Source: Chromatiaceae bacterium (GTDB lineage: Bacteria; Pseudomonadota; Gammaproteobacteria; Enterobacterales; Alteromonadaceae). From it: a stretch of DNA of 64,000 nt. Of the stretch, positions 36,004-47,012 are shown one piece after another. Location of the stretch: positions 242,129 to 306,128 of the forward strand of contig JAJLKZ010000005.1 in the NCBI GenBank assembly GCA_033838465.1. The letters run 5' to 3'. The position numbers and the translations under genes were made by a program. Under the pieces are notes generated by a model that searched no databases, was not told the DNA's origin, and saw only the letters and a list, made by a program, of their open reading frames with translations. Position 1 is the first letter of the stretch; every line of letters starts with the position of its first letter.

Positions 36004-37383
36004 TCAGGTGATTACCCCGCCATTGGCCAGTTTTGCCGGGTTAAGCAGGGCTTCAAGCTCGGTGCGGCTATAGCCGGTATGCTCTTGTGCAACGTCCAGT
36101 ATTGGCCGCTGCTGTTGGTAGGCTTGTTTGGCAATGTCGGCCGCTTTGCTGTAGCCAATCAATGGATTAAGCGCAGTGACCAACACAGGGTTAAGTGCCA
36201 GCGCTTTGGCAATGTTGGCTTCATTGACGCTAAAGCCGGCAATCGCCTGCCCGGCCAGGGCGTTACAGCCATTGGCGAGTAGCTCTATGCTTTGCAGCAG
36301 GTTATACGCCACCAGCGGTAACATCACATTCAGTTCAAAGTTGCCGCTTTGGCCGGCAATAGTGATGCTGGCGTCATTACCGATCACCTGAGCACACAAC
36401 ATAGCAACCGCCTCCGGGATCACCGGATTTACTTTGCCCGGCATAATGGACGAGCCTGGCTGCAGCGCCGGTAAACTGATTTCTGCCAGACCCGCCAGGG
36501 GGCCGGAGTTCATCCAGCGTAAGTCATTACACAGTTTCATCAGGCTTACCGCTAACACCTTTAATGCTCCCGAAGTGGCAACTGCGGTATCCTGGCTACC
36601 AATGGCGCTGAAATAGTTATTTGCCGGGCGAAACGGTTGGCCGGTCAGTGCTGACAGTTCCTGACAAAATAGCAAAGCAAAGCCGGGCGCTGCGTTAACG
36701 CCAGTGCCAACGGCAGTGCCGCCCTGGGCCAGTTGCTGCAGGTTGTGCTGTTGCGTTAACAATCCCTGCTCTGCCGCCGCCAGTTGGGCTTGCCAGCCAC
36801 CAAGTACCTGGGCAAAGGTAACGGGCATGGCATCCATCAGATGGGTGCGCCCCGTTTTGACGATATGACCAATTTGCTGGCTTTTTTCCGTCAACGTGCG
36901 TTGTAACCGTTGCAGTGCTGGCAGCAGCTGCTGCTCCAGTGCCAGGCAGGCACTGATATGAATAGCTGTGGGTATGCTGTCATTACTGCTTTGGCCCAGA
37001 TTAACATGATCGTTGGGGCTGACACGGCCGCCCAATTCACGGCTGGCCAGTGTGGCCAGTACTTCGTTAACATTCATGTTGCTGCTGGTCGCCGAGCCGG
37101 TCTGAAACACATCCAGCGGGTAGTGTTGCATATCGGTTTGCGCCAGCTGATTTTGTGCCGCGTGAATAATGGCATCCGCCAAAGAAGGTGCAAGCACCCC
37201 CAGCTGTCGGTTTGCCACCGCTGCAGATTGTTTTTGCAGTAACAAGGCCTGAATAAAACGCTGCGGCAGTTTTAACGGGCTTAAGCGAAAGTTTTGCCGG
37301 GCGCGTTCAGTTTGCGCCTGATACAGTGCGGATGCCGGGACTTCTAATGCCCCCATGCTGTCGTGCTCAGTTCTGGTGTTCAT
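36004..37383 (-). CDS. fumC: class II fumarate hydratase-like lyase (fumarase/aspartase superfamily)
   Basis: GSSIMPGKVNP signature, N-terminal MNT..DSMG, FQTGS..SNMN.NEV, GNFELNV, LVTALN..IGY. Closer to FumC than AspA by eye. I prefer ATG 37383. Confidence 0.7.
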   Translation of the reverse strand: MNTRTEHDSMGALEVPASALYQAQTERARQNFRLSPLKLPQRFIQALLLQKQSAAVANRQLGVLAPSLADAIIHAAQNQLAQTDMQHYPLDVFQTGSATSSNMNVNEVLATLASRELGGRVSPNDHVNLGQSSNDSIPTAIHISACLALEQQLLPALQRLQRTLTEKSQQIGHIVKTGRTHLMDAMPVTFAQVLGGWQAQLAAAEQGLLTQQHNLQQLAQGGTAVGTGVNAAPGFALLFCQELSALTGQPFRPANNYFSAIGSQDTAVATSGALKVLAVSLMKLCNDLRWMNSGPLAGLAEISLPALQPGSSIMPGKVNPVIPEAVAMLCAQVIGNDASITIAGQSGNFELNVMLPLVAYNLLQSIELLANGCNALAGQAIAGFSVNEANIAKALALNPVLVTALNPLIGYSKAADIAKQAYQQQRPILDVAQEHTGYSRTELEALLNPAKLANGGVIT

Positions 37384-37710
37384 CAGGTTGCTCCTGTGTG
37401 CTGTTCCGGCTGTTAGCAAACTTAGTTGTTTGCGTTAAACAAGACGTTTTTTACGGCAAAGTACTGCGGGTTAAGTCTATGAATGACGTACTGTTAATAG
37501 ACATTTTTGCCAGATACCGGTATAAATATTGCAGAAAAACCAGAAAGATTAACACCCGACAAACTGATTTTCAGCCCACCCATTGTAGCAAAGGCACTCT
37601 GTCTTCTATGCTTGGTTCACTGCCTATGCACATCAACGACTTAATCATCGGCATTAAGACGGCGGGCTGAGGGCCGGTAAGGTTAACCTAGAAAAGGATA
37701 TGCGACAGCT

Positions 37711-40506
37711 ATGACACTCTTGTGGATTTTACTTCTGCCGCTACTGGGAAGCCTGGTTCCCGTACTGACGGCCCGCTGGAGCCGCAGTGCCTGCGCTCTG
37801 GCAACAGCCATTCCGCCTTCTGTTGCCCTGATGCTGTTGCTTTATCACAGCAGTACCATTTTAGACGGCGGCAGTATCAGATTTTTCCTGTCTTGGATCC
37901 CGCTGCTGGGGCTGGACATTACCATTATTCTCGATGGCCTGGCCTTTATGTTTGGCTTGCTTATTTTAGGCATTGGCTTGCTGATTATCTTGTATGCACG
38001 TTATTACTTGTCTGAACGCGACTCGATGCCGCGGTTTTACGCCTATTTAATGCTGTTTATGACAGCCATGCTGGGCATAGTGTTGTCGGGTAATTTACTG
38101 CAACTGTGGCTGTTCTGGGAACTAACCAGTATCAGCTCTTTTTTACTGATCAGCTTCTGGTGGCACAAAGCAGAGGCCCGGCGCGGTGCCCGGATGGCAC
38201 TTACGGTAACCGGTGCCGGTGGATTGGCGTTGTTAGCAGCATTTTTACTCATAGGCCAGGTCGTGGGCAGCTACGATTTACAACAGGTGCTGGCCAGTGC
38301 TGAGCTGATACAACAACATGCTTGGTATCCGGTGATTTTGGTGCTGTTTTTGCTGGGGTGCTTCACCAAGTCGGCGCAATTTCCGTTTCATTTCTGGTTA
38401 CCCAACGCCATGGCTGCACCTACGCCGGTAAGTGCTTACTTACACTCGGCTACTATGGTAAAAGCCGGTATTTTTTTACTAGCGCGATTTTACCCGGCCT
38501 TGTCCGGCACCGACCTGTGGTTTGTGTTAGTGAGCGTAACGGGCCTTGCTACCTTGTTGCTCGGTGCTTATTTGGCGCTGTTTAAGCATGACTTAAAAGG
38601 CCTGTTGGCCTATTCCACTATCAGCCACCTGGGTTTGATCACGTTACTATTCGGTATGGGCACCGATTTAGCTGCTGTTGCCGGCTTATTTCACATTATT
38701 AACCATGCCACTTTTAAAGCGTCGTTGTTTATGGCTGCCGGTATTATTGACCATGAAACCGGCTCGCGTGATATGCGTAAGCTTAACGGTTTATGGCAGT
38801 TTATGCCGATCACCGCTACGCTGGCGATGGTGGCTGCTGCGGCCATGGCTGGGGTGCCGCTGCTTAATGGGTTCTTATCGAAAGAGATGTTCTTTGCCGA
38901 GACGTTACACCAACATTTGTTGGGCTCGCTGTCTTGGGTAGTACCTGTACTGGCAACTGTGGCGGCAGTGTTCTCTGTGGCCTACTCAATGCGCTTTATC
39001 CATGATGTATTTTTTAATGGTCAGCCCAAGGGCTTAACCAAAACGCCGCATGAGCCGCCACGTTATATGCGCGTGCCGGTTGAAGTGCTGGTTGCATTGT
39101 GTATTTTGGTCGGTCTGTTTCCTGGCTATCTGATTGGTGATTTGTTACAGGCCGCTTCTGCTGCGGTGTTACCAGGCGATGTGCCAAGCTATAGCCTGGC
39201 GATTTGGCATGGTTTTAACCTGCCATTATTTATGAGTGCGCTGGCGTTGGTGGGGGGGATCGTAATTTATGTTAACCGCAAGCACTTATTTGATTTCCAA
39301 AATACGCTGCCAGATGTTGACGCACTGAACAGCTTTGAGCGCTCAGTAAAACGCTTTGCTGAGCGTTGTGGCCGTCTTTACCAATGGCTGGACAGTGGCT
39401 CGCTACAGCGCTACATGACATTGACGTTGCTCAGCTTTGTGATTTTAGCCGGCTTACCCTTGACCGACCTGGTTACCTTGTGGGGCGGGCGAGAAGAGCT
39501 GCCAATAGACGCTGTTAACGCCACGGGTGCTGTGATGCTACTGATCGCCGCTTTTGCTACCGTGCTGTGGCACCGTAAACGTGTCGTCGCCCTGCTGATG
39601 ATTTCCGTGGTCGGGCTGATGGTGTCTATCGCCTTTACCCGTTTTTCTGCGCCTGATTTAGCGCTTACCCAGTTGTCGGTTGAGGTGGTGACCATTATTT
39701 TGCTGATGCTGGCGCTGTTTTTCCTGCCGCATAAAACGCCAAAGCAATCGGAATCATCGCGGGTGGTGCGTGACTTAAGTATTGCCAGCATGGTCGGGGT
39801 GATCATTGGCAGTTTAAGTTATGCATTAATGACACGGCCCTTTAATACGATTTCTGATTATTTTATTGCCAATGCCAAAATTGGCGGCGGCGGCACTAAC
39901 GTGGTTAATGTGATCCTGGTGGACTTTCGCGGCTTTGATACCATGGGCGAGATCGCTGTATTGGGCATTGCCTCACTGGGTATTTTTAAACTGCTGACCC
40001 GCATACCGCTGTTTAAACCCAGCAGCGATGGTGAGGGGCGGCCCTGGGCATTGGAGCGTCATTCGCTGTTGCTGTCCACCGTGTCACAAAGCTTGTTGCC
40101 ACTGGCCATCATGGTGTCGATCTACATCTTCTTCCGTGGCCATAACTTACCGGGCGGCGGCTTTATTGCCGGCTTAGTCACTGCGGTGGCGATTATCCTG
40201 CAGTATATTGCGCAAGGGGTAGACTGGGTTAAAGCTCGTATGAACGTTGAGTATCAGCGTGTGGTCGCGGTAGGTCTGATGATTGCGCTGCTTACCGGCG
40301 TAGCCAGCTGGCTGTTTAACCGGCCGTTTTTAACCTCATGGTTTGATTATTTCGATATTCCGTTTTTGGGCAAAATTGAACTTGCCAGCGCCATGGCGTT
40401 TGATCTGGGTGTTTATGTCACCGTAGTAGGCTCTACCTTACTGATCCTGGCGAGCCTGGGCAAAATGACCACAGCGCACCGGCCGGTGCATAAGGAGACC
40501 ATCTGA
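37711..40506 (+). CDS. mrpA: monovalent cation/H+ antiporter subunit A (fused MrpA+MrpB)
   Basis: 931 aa. NuoL-like proton-pumping domain ([25 protein letters not shown]) plus a MrpB-like C-terminal part. First gene of a six-gene overlapping cluster. Confidence 0.9.
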   Translation: MTLLWILLLPLLGSLVPVLTARWSRSACALATAIPPSVALMLLLYHSSTILDGGSIRFFLSWIPLLGLDITIILDGLAFMFGLLILGIGLLIILYARYYLSERDSMPRFYAYLMLFMTAMLGIVLSGNLLQLWLFWELTSISSFLLISFWWHKAEARRGARMALTVTGAGGLALLAAFLLIGQVVGSYDLQQVLASAELIQQHAWYPVILVLFLLGCFTKSAQFPFHFWLPNAMAAPTPVSAYLHSATMVKAGIFLLARFYPALSGTDLWFVLVSVTGLATLLLGAYLALFKHDLKGLLAYSTISHLGLITLLFGMGTDLAAVAGLFHIINHATFKASLFMAAGIIDHETGSRDMRKLNGLWQFMPITATLAMVAAAAMAGVPLLNGFLSKEMFFAETLHQHLLGSLSWVVPVLATVAAVFSVAYSMRFIHDVFFNGQPKGLTKTPHEPPRYMRVPVEVLVALCILVGLFPGYLIGDLLQAASAAVLPGDVPSYSLAIWHGFNLPLFMSALALVGGIVIYVNRKHLFDFQNTLPDVDALNSFERSVKRFAERCGRLYQWLDSGSLQRYMTLTLLSFVILAGLPLTDLVTLWGGREELPIDAVNATGAVMLLIAAFATVLWHRKRVVALLMISVVGLMVSIAFTRFSAPDLALTQLSVEVVTIILLMLALFFLPHKTPKQSESSRVVRDLSIASMVGVIIGSLSYALMTRPFNTISDYFIANAKIGGGGTNVVNVILVDFRGFDTMGEIAVLGIASLGIFKLLTRIPLFKPSSDGEGRPWALERHSLLLSTVSQSLLPLAIMVSIYIFFRGHNLPGGGFIAGLVTAVAIILQYIAQGVDWVKARMNVEYQRVVAVGLMIALLTGVASWLFNRPFLTSWFDYFDIPFLGKIELASAMAFDLGVYVTVVGSTLLILASLGKMTTAHRPVHKETI

Positions 40507-40859
40507 TGGAAACCCTGTTTGCCTGTTGTGTTGGCTTTTTAAGCGCCTGCGGCATTTTCCTCATGCTGCGAGGCCGTACTTTCCCGGTCATGCTGGGGCT
40601 GACCATGCTGTCTTATGCGGTAAACCTGTTTATTTTTGCTTCAGGCCGCTTAACGTTGCGTGGCGCCGCGGTACTGGGCACCAGTGAGCAATACGCTGAT
40701 CCTCTGCCGCAAGCCTTAGTGTTGACCGCCATCGTGATTGGCTTTGCCATGACCGCGTTTTTGGTGATTTTAGCGATACGGGCGCGGGCAGATTTAGGTA
40801 ATGACCATGTTGATGGCAAATTGCCTGATGCCGATGCAGTTAAAAAGGAGAGCCGTTGA
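40506..40859 (+). CDS. mrpC: cation/H+ antiporter subunit C
   Basis: 117 aa, NuoK-like with 3 TM segments. TGATG overlap with mrpA. Confidence 0.85.
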   Translation: METLFACCVGFLSACGIFLMLRGRTFPVMLGLTMLSYAVNLFIFASGRLTLRGAAVLGTSEQYADPLPQALVLTAIVIGFAMTAFLVILAIRARADLGNDHVDGKLPDADAVKKESR

Positions 40860-42370
40860 TGTGGCATTTAATTACGGCACCGGTGCTGTTGCCGATGTTT
40901 ACCGCGCTGCTCATTATGCTGCCGCCGATCCATTATTCACCAAACCGGCGTCGTTGGGTCAGTATGATATCCAGCGCTATTCAGCTGATGCTGGTAGTGC
41001 TGTTACTCATGCAGGTGCAACAGCAGGGGCAGCTGCATTACGCTATCGGTAACTGGCAGGCGCCTTTCGGTATTATTCTGGTCGCAGATACCTTGTCGGT
41101 GGTGCTGGTATGTTTAACATCATTCCTGGCATTGGGCGCCATTTGTTATGGCAGTGCCGGTGAAGATGAAAAAGGCTCGTTTTTTCATCCACTATTCCAG
41201 TTCCAGGTGATGGGTATTAACGGCGCTTTTCTAACGGGTGATTTATTTAACCTGTTTGTGTTCTTTGAGGTATTACTGATTGCCTCTTACGCGTTGTTAA
41301 TTCATGCCGGAGGCAAGAACAAAACGAAAGCCGCTGTGCATTATGTCGTGCTAAACCTGACGGGCTCGGCCATCTTTCTTATCTCGTTGGCGGTGTTGTA
41401 CGGTACAACCGGCACCTTAAATATTGTGGATATGGCGCAAAAAGTGGCGCAGCTGCCGGCGTCTGACCTGATGCTGGTTAAATCCGGCGCCCTGATGTTG
41501 ATGATCGTATTTGCGCTGAAGGCTGCTGTGTTACCGTTACAATTCTGGTTACCGGCAACCTATGCTTCAGCTTCGGCACCGGTTGCGGCGCTGTTTGCCG
41601 TGATGACCAAGATTGGCGTTTATGCGCTGCTGCGGGTGTATACCACCATTTTTGGCAACGAGGCTGGAGAGCTGTCGGGGATTGCCGCAGACTGGCTACT
41701 GCCGGCCGGTTTAGCCACTATTGCTCTGGGCGCTATTGGTGTTATGGCCAGCCAGGATTTTCGTAAACTGGTCGCGAATCTGGTACTGCTGTCCGTAGGT
41801 ACTCTGGTGAGTCTGGTTGCATTACAAACCCAGCAGGCCGCCGCTGCGGCCTTGTATTATACCGTGCACTCTACGCTGGTAACGGCAGCGCTGTTTTTAA
41901 TCGCGGATCTGATCGCAAACCAGCGCGGTAAAGCGGCTGACAGGTTGGTCTCCGGGCGTAAAGTGGTGCAGCCGGTGCTGCTGGGCATGATGTTTATGGT
42001 AGGTGCACTGAGTGTCGCCGGTTTGCCGCCACTATCTGGCTTTGTCGGTAAAGTGATGTTGCTGCAGTCCGTAACTGACCCGAGCAGCCGGCTCTGGTTT
42101 TGGGCCCTGGTGCTGGTCAGCAGTTTAGTGGTGATTGTCGGCTTATCCCGTGCCGGCAGTACCTTATTTTGGCGGATCAGCGGCACTGATACTGTGGCTG
42201 AAACCGCCAAGCCGTTGCAGGTGTTTGCGGTGTGCTGGTTATTGTTAGCCAGCCCATTGCTGGTGATTTTTGCAGGCCCGCTGACTGAGTTGTCGATGCA
42301 GGCAGCGGCGCAACTGTATGACACTAAGACGTCGGTACAATTGATTTTAGGCCAGGAGGTCACACCATGA
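40856..42370 (+). CDS. mrpD: cation/H+ antiporter subunit D
   Basis: 504 aa, NuoM/N-like. 4-nt overlap on both sides. Confidence 0.9.
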   Translation: MMWHLITAPVLLPMFTALLIMLPPIHYSPNRRRWVSMISSAIQLMLVVLLLMQVQQQGQLHYAIGNWQAPFGIILVADTLSVVLVCLTSFLALGAICYGSAGEDEKGSFFHPLFQFQVMGINGAFLTGDLFNLFVFFEVLLIASYALLIHAGGKNKTKAAVHYVVLNLTGSAIFLISLAVLYGTTGTLNIVDMAQKVAQLPASDLMLVKSGALMLMIVFALKAAVLPLQFWLPATYASASAPVAALFAVMTKIGVYALLRVYTTIFGNEAGELSGIAADWLLPAGLATIALGAIGVMASQDFRKLVANLVLLSVGTLVSLVALQTQQAAAAALYYTVHSTLVTAALFLIADLIANQRGKAADRLVSGRKVVQPVLLGMMFMVGALSVAGLPPLSGFVGKVMLLQSVTDPSSRLWFWALVLVSSLVVIVGLSRAGSTLFWRISGTDTVAETAKPLQVFAVCWLLLASPLLVIFAGPLTELSMQAAAQLYDTKTSVQLILGQEVTP

Positions 42371-42903
42371 GGTTTAAGCCAAAGTTTCGCTGGTTGCCGA
42401 CGCCTTATCGCAGTGTGTTGTTGTTTCTGGTCTGGTTACTGTTGAACCAGAGCATTGAAGCAGTGCACGTGTTTTTTGGCCTGATACTGGCAATCATTAT
42501 TCCATTACTCACGTTGCGATTTCGTGACCCTCAGCCATTGATTGAACGCCCATTACTTGCACTGCGTTATATTTTGCGGGTGTTTGGTGACATCGTAACA
42601 GCCAATGCCCAAGTTGCAGTGTTGATACTGGGGCCAAAGCAGCGGTTAAACCCGGCCTTTGTCAAAGTGCCGTTGGATTTGCAGCATGAATTGCCCATTA
42701 CTATTTTAGCCAGTACGGTGTCGATGACGCCGGGTACGGTCAGCGCTGAAATTTACCCCAGTGTTGAGCAACTGCCTGAAGGCGAGCCACTACCGCAACG
42801 CTGGCTGCTGATCCATGTGCTGAACCTGAAAGATGAGGCGCAGCTGATTGCCGAGATCAAACAGCGTTATGAAGCACCGCTGAAGGAGATTTTTCAATGC
42901 TAA
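42367..42903 (+). CDS. mrpE: cation/H+ antiporter subunit E
   Basis: 178 aa. Called from position and size in the cluster, with two N-terminal TM segments. Confidence 0.8.
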   Translation: MRFKPKFRWLPTPYRSVLLFLVWLLLNQSIEAVHVFFGLILAIIIPLLTLRFRDPQPLIERPLLALRYILRVFGDIVTANAQVAVLILGPKQRLNPAFVKVPLDLQHELPITILASTVSMTPGTVSAEIYPSVEQLPEGEPLPQRWLLIHVLNLKDEAQLIAEIKQRYEAPLKEIFQC

Positions 42904-43166
42904 ATAATGTCATCATGCTGGTGTTCGCCATGATTAGCGTAGCATTACTGTTGAATTTATGGCGCCTGCTACGGGGGCCTAGTTTGCCAGACCGCATTCT
43001 GGCGCTGGATACCATGTATATCAACAGCATAGCGCTGATTATTCTGTACGGTTTGCTGATGGGATCACCGCTGTATTTTGAGGCTGCTTTGCTGATTGCG
43101 ATGTTGGGCTTTGTCAGTACCGTGGCGGTATGTAAGTTCTTGCTGCGTGGCGATATTATCGAATAG
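42897..43166 (+). CDS. mrpF: cation/H+ antiporter subunit F
   Basis: 89 aa, 3 TM segments, RGPSLPDRILALD motif. Confidence 0.8.
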   Translation: MLNNVIMLVFAMISVALLLNLWRLLRGPSLPDRILALDTMYINSIALIILYGLLMGSPLYFEAALLIAMLGFVSTVAVCKFLLRGDIIE

Positions 43167-43174
43167 GAGCAGTT

Positions 43175-43543
43175 ATGCAAAACTGGATTGAGTGGGCCGT
43201 GGCATTTTTTCTGTTACTGGGTGGCAGCTTCGTATTAATCGGTTCTATTGGTTTAACGCGCATGCCTGACTTTTTTATGCGGCTGCATGGGCCAACCAAA
43301 GCAACCACCCTGGGTATGGGGGGCATTTTGTTGGGGTCAATTTTCTTTTTTAGCTTGTCAGGCGGCGTCAGTGTGCATGAGCTGTTGATCACCATCTTTT
43401 TGCTTATCACAGCGCCGATAAGTGCACATATGCTGATAAAGACAGCACTGCACCACAAATTAAAAGCGATAACTAAAACCAAAGGGCTGGATAATATAGC
43501 GCCGGCGCAAAGTAAGCAGCATGGCCGTAAACCTTTGCCATAG
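43175..43543 (+). CDS. mrpG: cation/H+ antiporter subunit G
   Basis: 122 aa. GSIGL.RMPDFF.RLH motif typical of MnhG/PhaG. Confidence 0.8.
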   Translation: MQNWIEWAVAFFLLLGGSFVLIGSIGLTRMPDFFMRLHGPTKATTLGMGGILLGSIFFFSLSGGVSVHELLITIFLLITAPISAHMLIKTALHHKLKAITKTKGLDNIAPAQSKQHGRKPLP

Positions 43544-43563
43544 CGCGGGTTTAGGGAGTTTAC

Positions 43564-43833
43564 TTATTGCTCGTCAAAACCGTTATTGATTAAATCGACC
43601 ACGGCGATAAGCGCCTGTTCAGCGTCATCGCCCTGGGTACAGACTTCCAGCGTTTTTCCTTTACTACTGGCCAGCATTAACAGCGCCAATACACTGCTGG
43701 CGTCAGCCGTTTTGTCATCTTGTACCAGCTCTATTTTTGCCTGAAACTGCTGACATAGTTGTGCCAGTTTAGTTGCAGCGCGGGCGTGTAAGCCGAGTTG
43801 ATTAACGATAGTGACGGTTTGACGACATTGCAT
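43564..43833 (-). CDS. ptsO: HPr-family phosphocarrier protein NPr
   Basis: 89 aa with GLHARAA active-site region. Conserved position after rapZ. Confidence 0.88.
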   Translation of the reverse strand: MQCRQTVTIVNQLGLHARAATKLAQLCQQFQAKIELVQDDKTADASSVLALLMLASSKGKTLEVCTQGDDAEQALIAVVDLINNGFDEQ

Positions 43834-43836
43834 GAG

Positions 43837-44694
43837 TTACGCCTTGTGATGACGCGCCAGCTCCCGGTGACGAACCTGCACGTCGTCGCGAGAACTGCGA
43901 TAACTTTCCACCAGGCTTTCCACCATATACACAGAGCGATGCTGGCCGCCAGTGCAACCAATAGCAATGGTCAGATAACTGCGGTTATTACGCTCCAGCT
44001 GTGGCAGCCAGGTGCTGATAAAGCTGTTAATTTGCCAGATGTATTTTGCGACAACAGGCTGTGCCGCCAGATAATCTCTCACCGGTTGGTCAAGCCCGGT
44101 AAGGGGTTTTAGATCGGGCTCCCAATGTGGGTTAGGTAAAAAGCGGGCATCAAAGACAAAGTCGGCATCTTTCGGGATACCGTATTTAAAGCCAAAAGAT
44201 TCAAACAAAATCACCAGACGGCCGGATTTTTGGCCCAAAATGCGCTCACGCAGTTGCTCGGCTAATTGATGCACGTTTAAGTCGGTGGTATCGATATAGA
44301 GATCTGCCCGGCTGGCGATAGGGTCTAACAACTGCTGCTCACGCTGTATAGCTTCATCCAGTGACATGGCCTGATGCGACAACGGGTGTAACCGGCGTGT
44401 TTCGCTAAAGCGCTTAATTAAGCTGGCGTGATCCGCATCCAGGTAAAGAATGGTCAGCTCGAGTTTGCGTGGCAGGTAAGACAAAATCTCAGACAGCTCA
44501 TTAGGGTCCTGTGGCAGGTTTCGCACGTCTATGCTTACGGCAACACGCTCATACTGCCCCATAACGGTGGTCGCCAGCGTAGGCAGCAAATTAACCGGAA
44601 TATTGTCGACACAATAGTAGCCTAGGTCTTCCATCACTCTCAGCGCGACAGATTTGCCTGAGCCGGAACGACCACTGACTACCAGCAGCTTCAT
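43837..44694 (-). CDS. rapZ: RNase adapter protein RapZ
   Basis: Walker A SGRSGSGKS, C-terminal CTGGQHRSV motif. Confidence 0.92.
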   Translation of the reverse strand: MKLLVVSGRSGSGKSVALRVMEDLGYYCVDNIPVNLLPTLATTVMGQYERVAVSIDVRNLPQDPNELSEILSYLPRKLELTILYLDADHASLIKRFSETRRLHPLSHQAMSLDEAIQREQQLLDPIASRADLYIDTTDLNVHQLAEQLRERILGQKSGRLVILFESFGFKYGIPKDADFVFDARFLPNPHWEPDLKPLTGLDQPVRDYLAAQPVVAKYIWQINSFISTWLPQLERNNRSYLTIAIGCTGGQHRSVYMVESLVESYRSSRDDVQVRHRELARHHKA

Positions 44695-45164
44695 TTGTCG
44701 GTATCCACTGTGCTGTAATCCACCAACAGCTGGTATAACTCGTGGTTGGTCTGAGCATGGCGGATTTTTTTGGTGAGCTCTTTTTGGCTTAACAGCTTGG
44801 CGATACCCGCTAGGGTACTAAGGTGCGCCTGACATTGTTCTTCCGGTATTAAAATAGCGCAAAAAATATCTACCGGCTGATTGTCTATTGCATCAAAGGG
44901 AATGGCCTCTTTACTGACAACAAAAACCAGTACCGGCTGGGTTACTGACTTTAACTTGCCGTGCGGTATAGCGATGCCACCACCGATGCCGGTAGAGCCA
45001 AGCTTTTCCCGGGTCATCAGGGCTTCAAGAATACTGTACTCGGTCATATCAGGCAGCTGTTGATGCGCCAACTCGGCGATATACTCGAGGATCCGTTTTT
45101 TGCTATTAAAAAGAACTGCACTTTTAGTGCAGTTCTCAGCAAGCATTGCAGTTAGATTCATCAT
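44691..45164 (-). CDS. ptsN: PTS IIA-like nitrogen regulatory protein PtsN
   Basis: EIIA-Ntr motif GIAIPHGK. Conserved position. Confidence 0.9.
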   Translation of the reverse strand: MMNLTAMLAENCTKSAVLFNSKKRILEYIAELAHQQLPDMTEYSILEALMTREKLGSTGIGGGIAIPHGKLKSVTQPVLVFVVSKEAIPFDAIDNQPVDIFCAILIPEEQCQAHLSTLAGIAKLLSQKELTKKIRHAQTNHELYQLLVDYSTVDTDK

Positions 45165-45170
45165 GTCAGG

Positions 45171-45464
45171 TTAGTGTCGGGCTATTTTCTCTTTATGCTT
45201 AATCACCTGGCGATCGAGTTTATCTATCAGCTGGTCGATAGCGGCATACATGTTTTCATCTTCAGAAACCGCAAAAACTTCACCGCCGTTAAGGTGGAGT
45301 TTGGCTTCAGCAATCTGTTTCAATTTTTCCACGTTTAGGATCACATGTACATTGTTTATATGATCAAAATGCCGTTCCAGCTTAGCAAACTTGCTGTCCA
45401 CATATTCTTTTAAGGCTTCAGTAATTTCAACATGGCGACCAGTTAGGTTGATTTGCATAGACAT
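45171..45464 (-). CDS. hpf: ribosome hibernation promoting factor
   Basis: 97 aa with MQINLTGRHVEIT start typical of HPF/YhbH. Sits downstream of rpoN. Confidence 0.9.
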   Translation of the reverse strand: MSMQINLTGRHVEITEALKEYVDSKFAKLERHFDHINNVHVILNVEKLKQIAEAKLHLNGGEVFAVSEDENMYAAIDQLIDKLDRQVIKHKEKIARH

Positions 45465-45484
45465 ATTCCTTCTTTTAGGCTTAT

Positions 45485-46963
45485 TTACAGCAAGGTCTTG
45501 CGTTGATTTGACGGTGGAATAAACAGCGATTCACGGTATTTGGCAATGGTGCGTCGTGCTACGTTAATTCCTTGCTCCAGCAAAATATCGGCCATCTTAC
45601 TGTCACTCAGCGGTTTGGCCGGGTTTTCCGCCGCCACTAATTTTTTAATAAACGCCCTGATGGCAGTTGACGAACATTCACCGCCACTCTCTGTACTCAC
45701 ATGACTGGAAAAAAAGAATTTAAGTTCAAAGATCCCTCTGGGTGTGTGCATATATTTCTGGGTAGTGACGCGTGAAATAGTCGACTCATGCATGCCGACC
45801 ATTTCTGCAACGTCATTTAACACCATCGGCTTCATGGCTTCTTCACCATGCTCAAAAAACGCCTGCTGTTGTTGCACAATACAATTGGCCACTTTTAATA
45901 GTGTTTCATTCCGGCTTTCAAGGCTCTTTAAGAACCATTTAGCTTCCTGCAGATGTGAGCGGATAAACTGGCTGTCTGACGCATTTCGGGCTGTTCTGGA
46001 CATCGCTGCATACTGCTGGTTAATGCGTACTTTGGGCATCGCGTCCGGGTTTAATTCAACCTGCCAGCGACCTTTCACCTTTGTTACACTGACATCCGGG
46101 ATCACGTACTGCTGCTCTTGCCGTATTACGTCAGCACCTGGCCTTGGATTCAAACTGTGGATCAGCCGCATCACTTCTTTCAGTTCATCCTCTTTGAGTT
46201 TAGTCACCCGCATCAAAGAACGAAAGTCACGATTAGCTAAAAATTCAGTGTGGTCTCGGATCAGGCTCTGCGCCTCACAAAGGAAGGGGGTGGCCGGATC
46301 GAATTGACGTAGTTGCACCAACAAACATTCCTGTACCGAACGGGCACCTACGCCGACAGGGTCAAATAACTGGATGCGTTTGATCACGGCTTCAACTTCG
46401 TCAGCTTCTACCTCTGGCAAGCCGAGTGAGTCGAGAATCTCTTCGCAGCTGATGGTTAGTAAGCCATTATCGTCGATGGCTTCAATGATAATCTCGGCGA
46501 TGGCGCGATCGGTGTCAGAAAAGGGGGTCAATTGCATTTGCCAGCGCAAATAGTCCTGCAGGGTTTCACTGGTTTCACCCTGATAAACATAATCGTCATC
46601 CGGATTCCCGGCGCTCCCCGCACTGACCGGCTCTGCACTAACCAAATCATCCCAGTTATTGTCCAGCGGTAAGTCTTCCTGAATATTTTGCTCGGTCATC
46701 GCCTCGCTACTATCAGGCTCGCTCGGTTCAAAGCTGTCATCCTGCGGCTGCTCACTATGCTCCTGTGGCTCACTGCTGTTTTTGGCGTCGGGGGTGAAAC
46801 TGTCAAACTCCTCATCGGCTTCCAGCAACGGGTTAGCGTCAAGGGCTTCCTGAATTTCCTGTTGCAACTCTATCGTCGACAACTGTAACAAGCGAATAGC
46901 CTGTTGCAATTGTGGCGTCATGGTTAGCTGCTGTCCTAAGCGAAGTTGCAAAGAGGGTTTCAT
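45485..46963 (-). CDS. rpoN: RNA polymerase sigma-54 factor
   Basis: Q-rich region I ([21 protein letters not shown]), acidic region II, RpoN box ARRTIAKYR. Confidence 0.97.
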   Translation of the reverse strand: MKPSLQLRLGQQLTMTPQLQQAIRLLQLSTIELQQEIQEALDANPLLEADEEFDSFTPDAKNSSEPQEHSEQPQDDSFEPSEPDSSEAMTEQNIQEDLPLDNNWDDLVSAEPVSAGSAGNPDDDYVYQGETSETLQDYLRWQMQLTPFSDTDRAIAEIIIEAIDDNGLLTISCEEILDSLGLPEVEADEVEAVIKRIQLFDPVGVGARSVQECLLVQLRQFDPATPFLCEAQSLIRDHTEFLANRDFRSLMRVTKLKEDELKEVMRLIHSLNPRPGADVIRQEQQYVIPDVSVTKVKGRWQVELNPDAMPKVRINQQYAAMSRTARNASDSQFIRSHLQEAKWFLKSLESRNETLLKVANCIVQQQQAFFEHGEEAMKPMVLNDVAEMVGMHESTISRVTTQKYMHTPRGIFELKFFFSSHVSTESGGECSSTAIRAFIKKLVAAENPAKPLSDSKMADILLEQGINVARRTIAKYRESLFIPPSNQRKTLL

Positions 46964-47012
46964 CTACTTCTACCGTTCTCCTGAATCACACGCTGTTGTT
47001 GTTTTTTGCTAA

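Noticed and set aside
41857-42363. 168-aa minus-strand ORF inside mrpD
   Set aside because: It is antisense to a NuoM/N-like CDS that is part of a tightly overlapping operon.
45744-46307. 187-aa plus-strand ORF opposite rpoN
   Set aside because: It is antisense to sigma-54, with no start context and an implausible Cys/Ser-rich composition.
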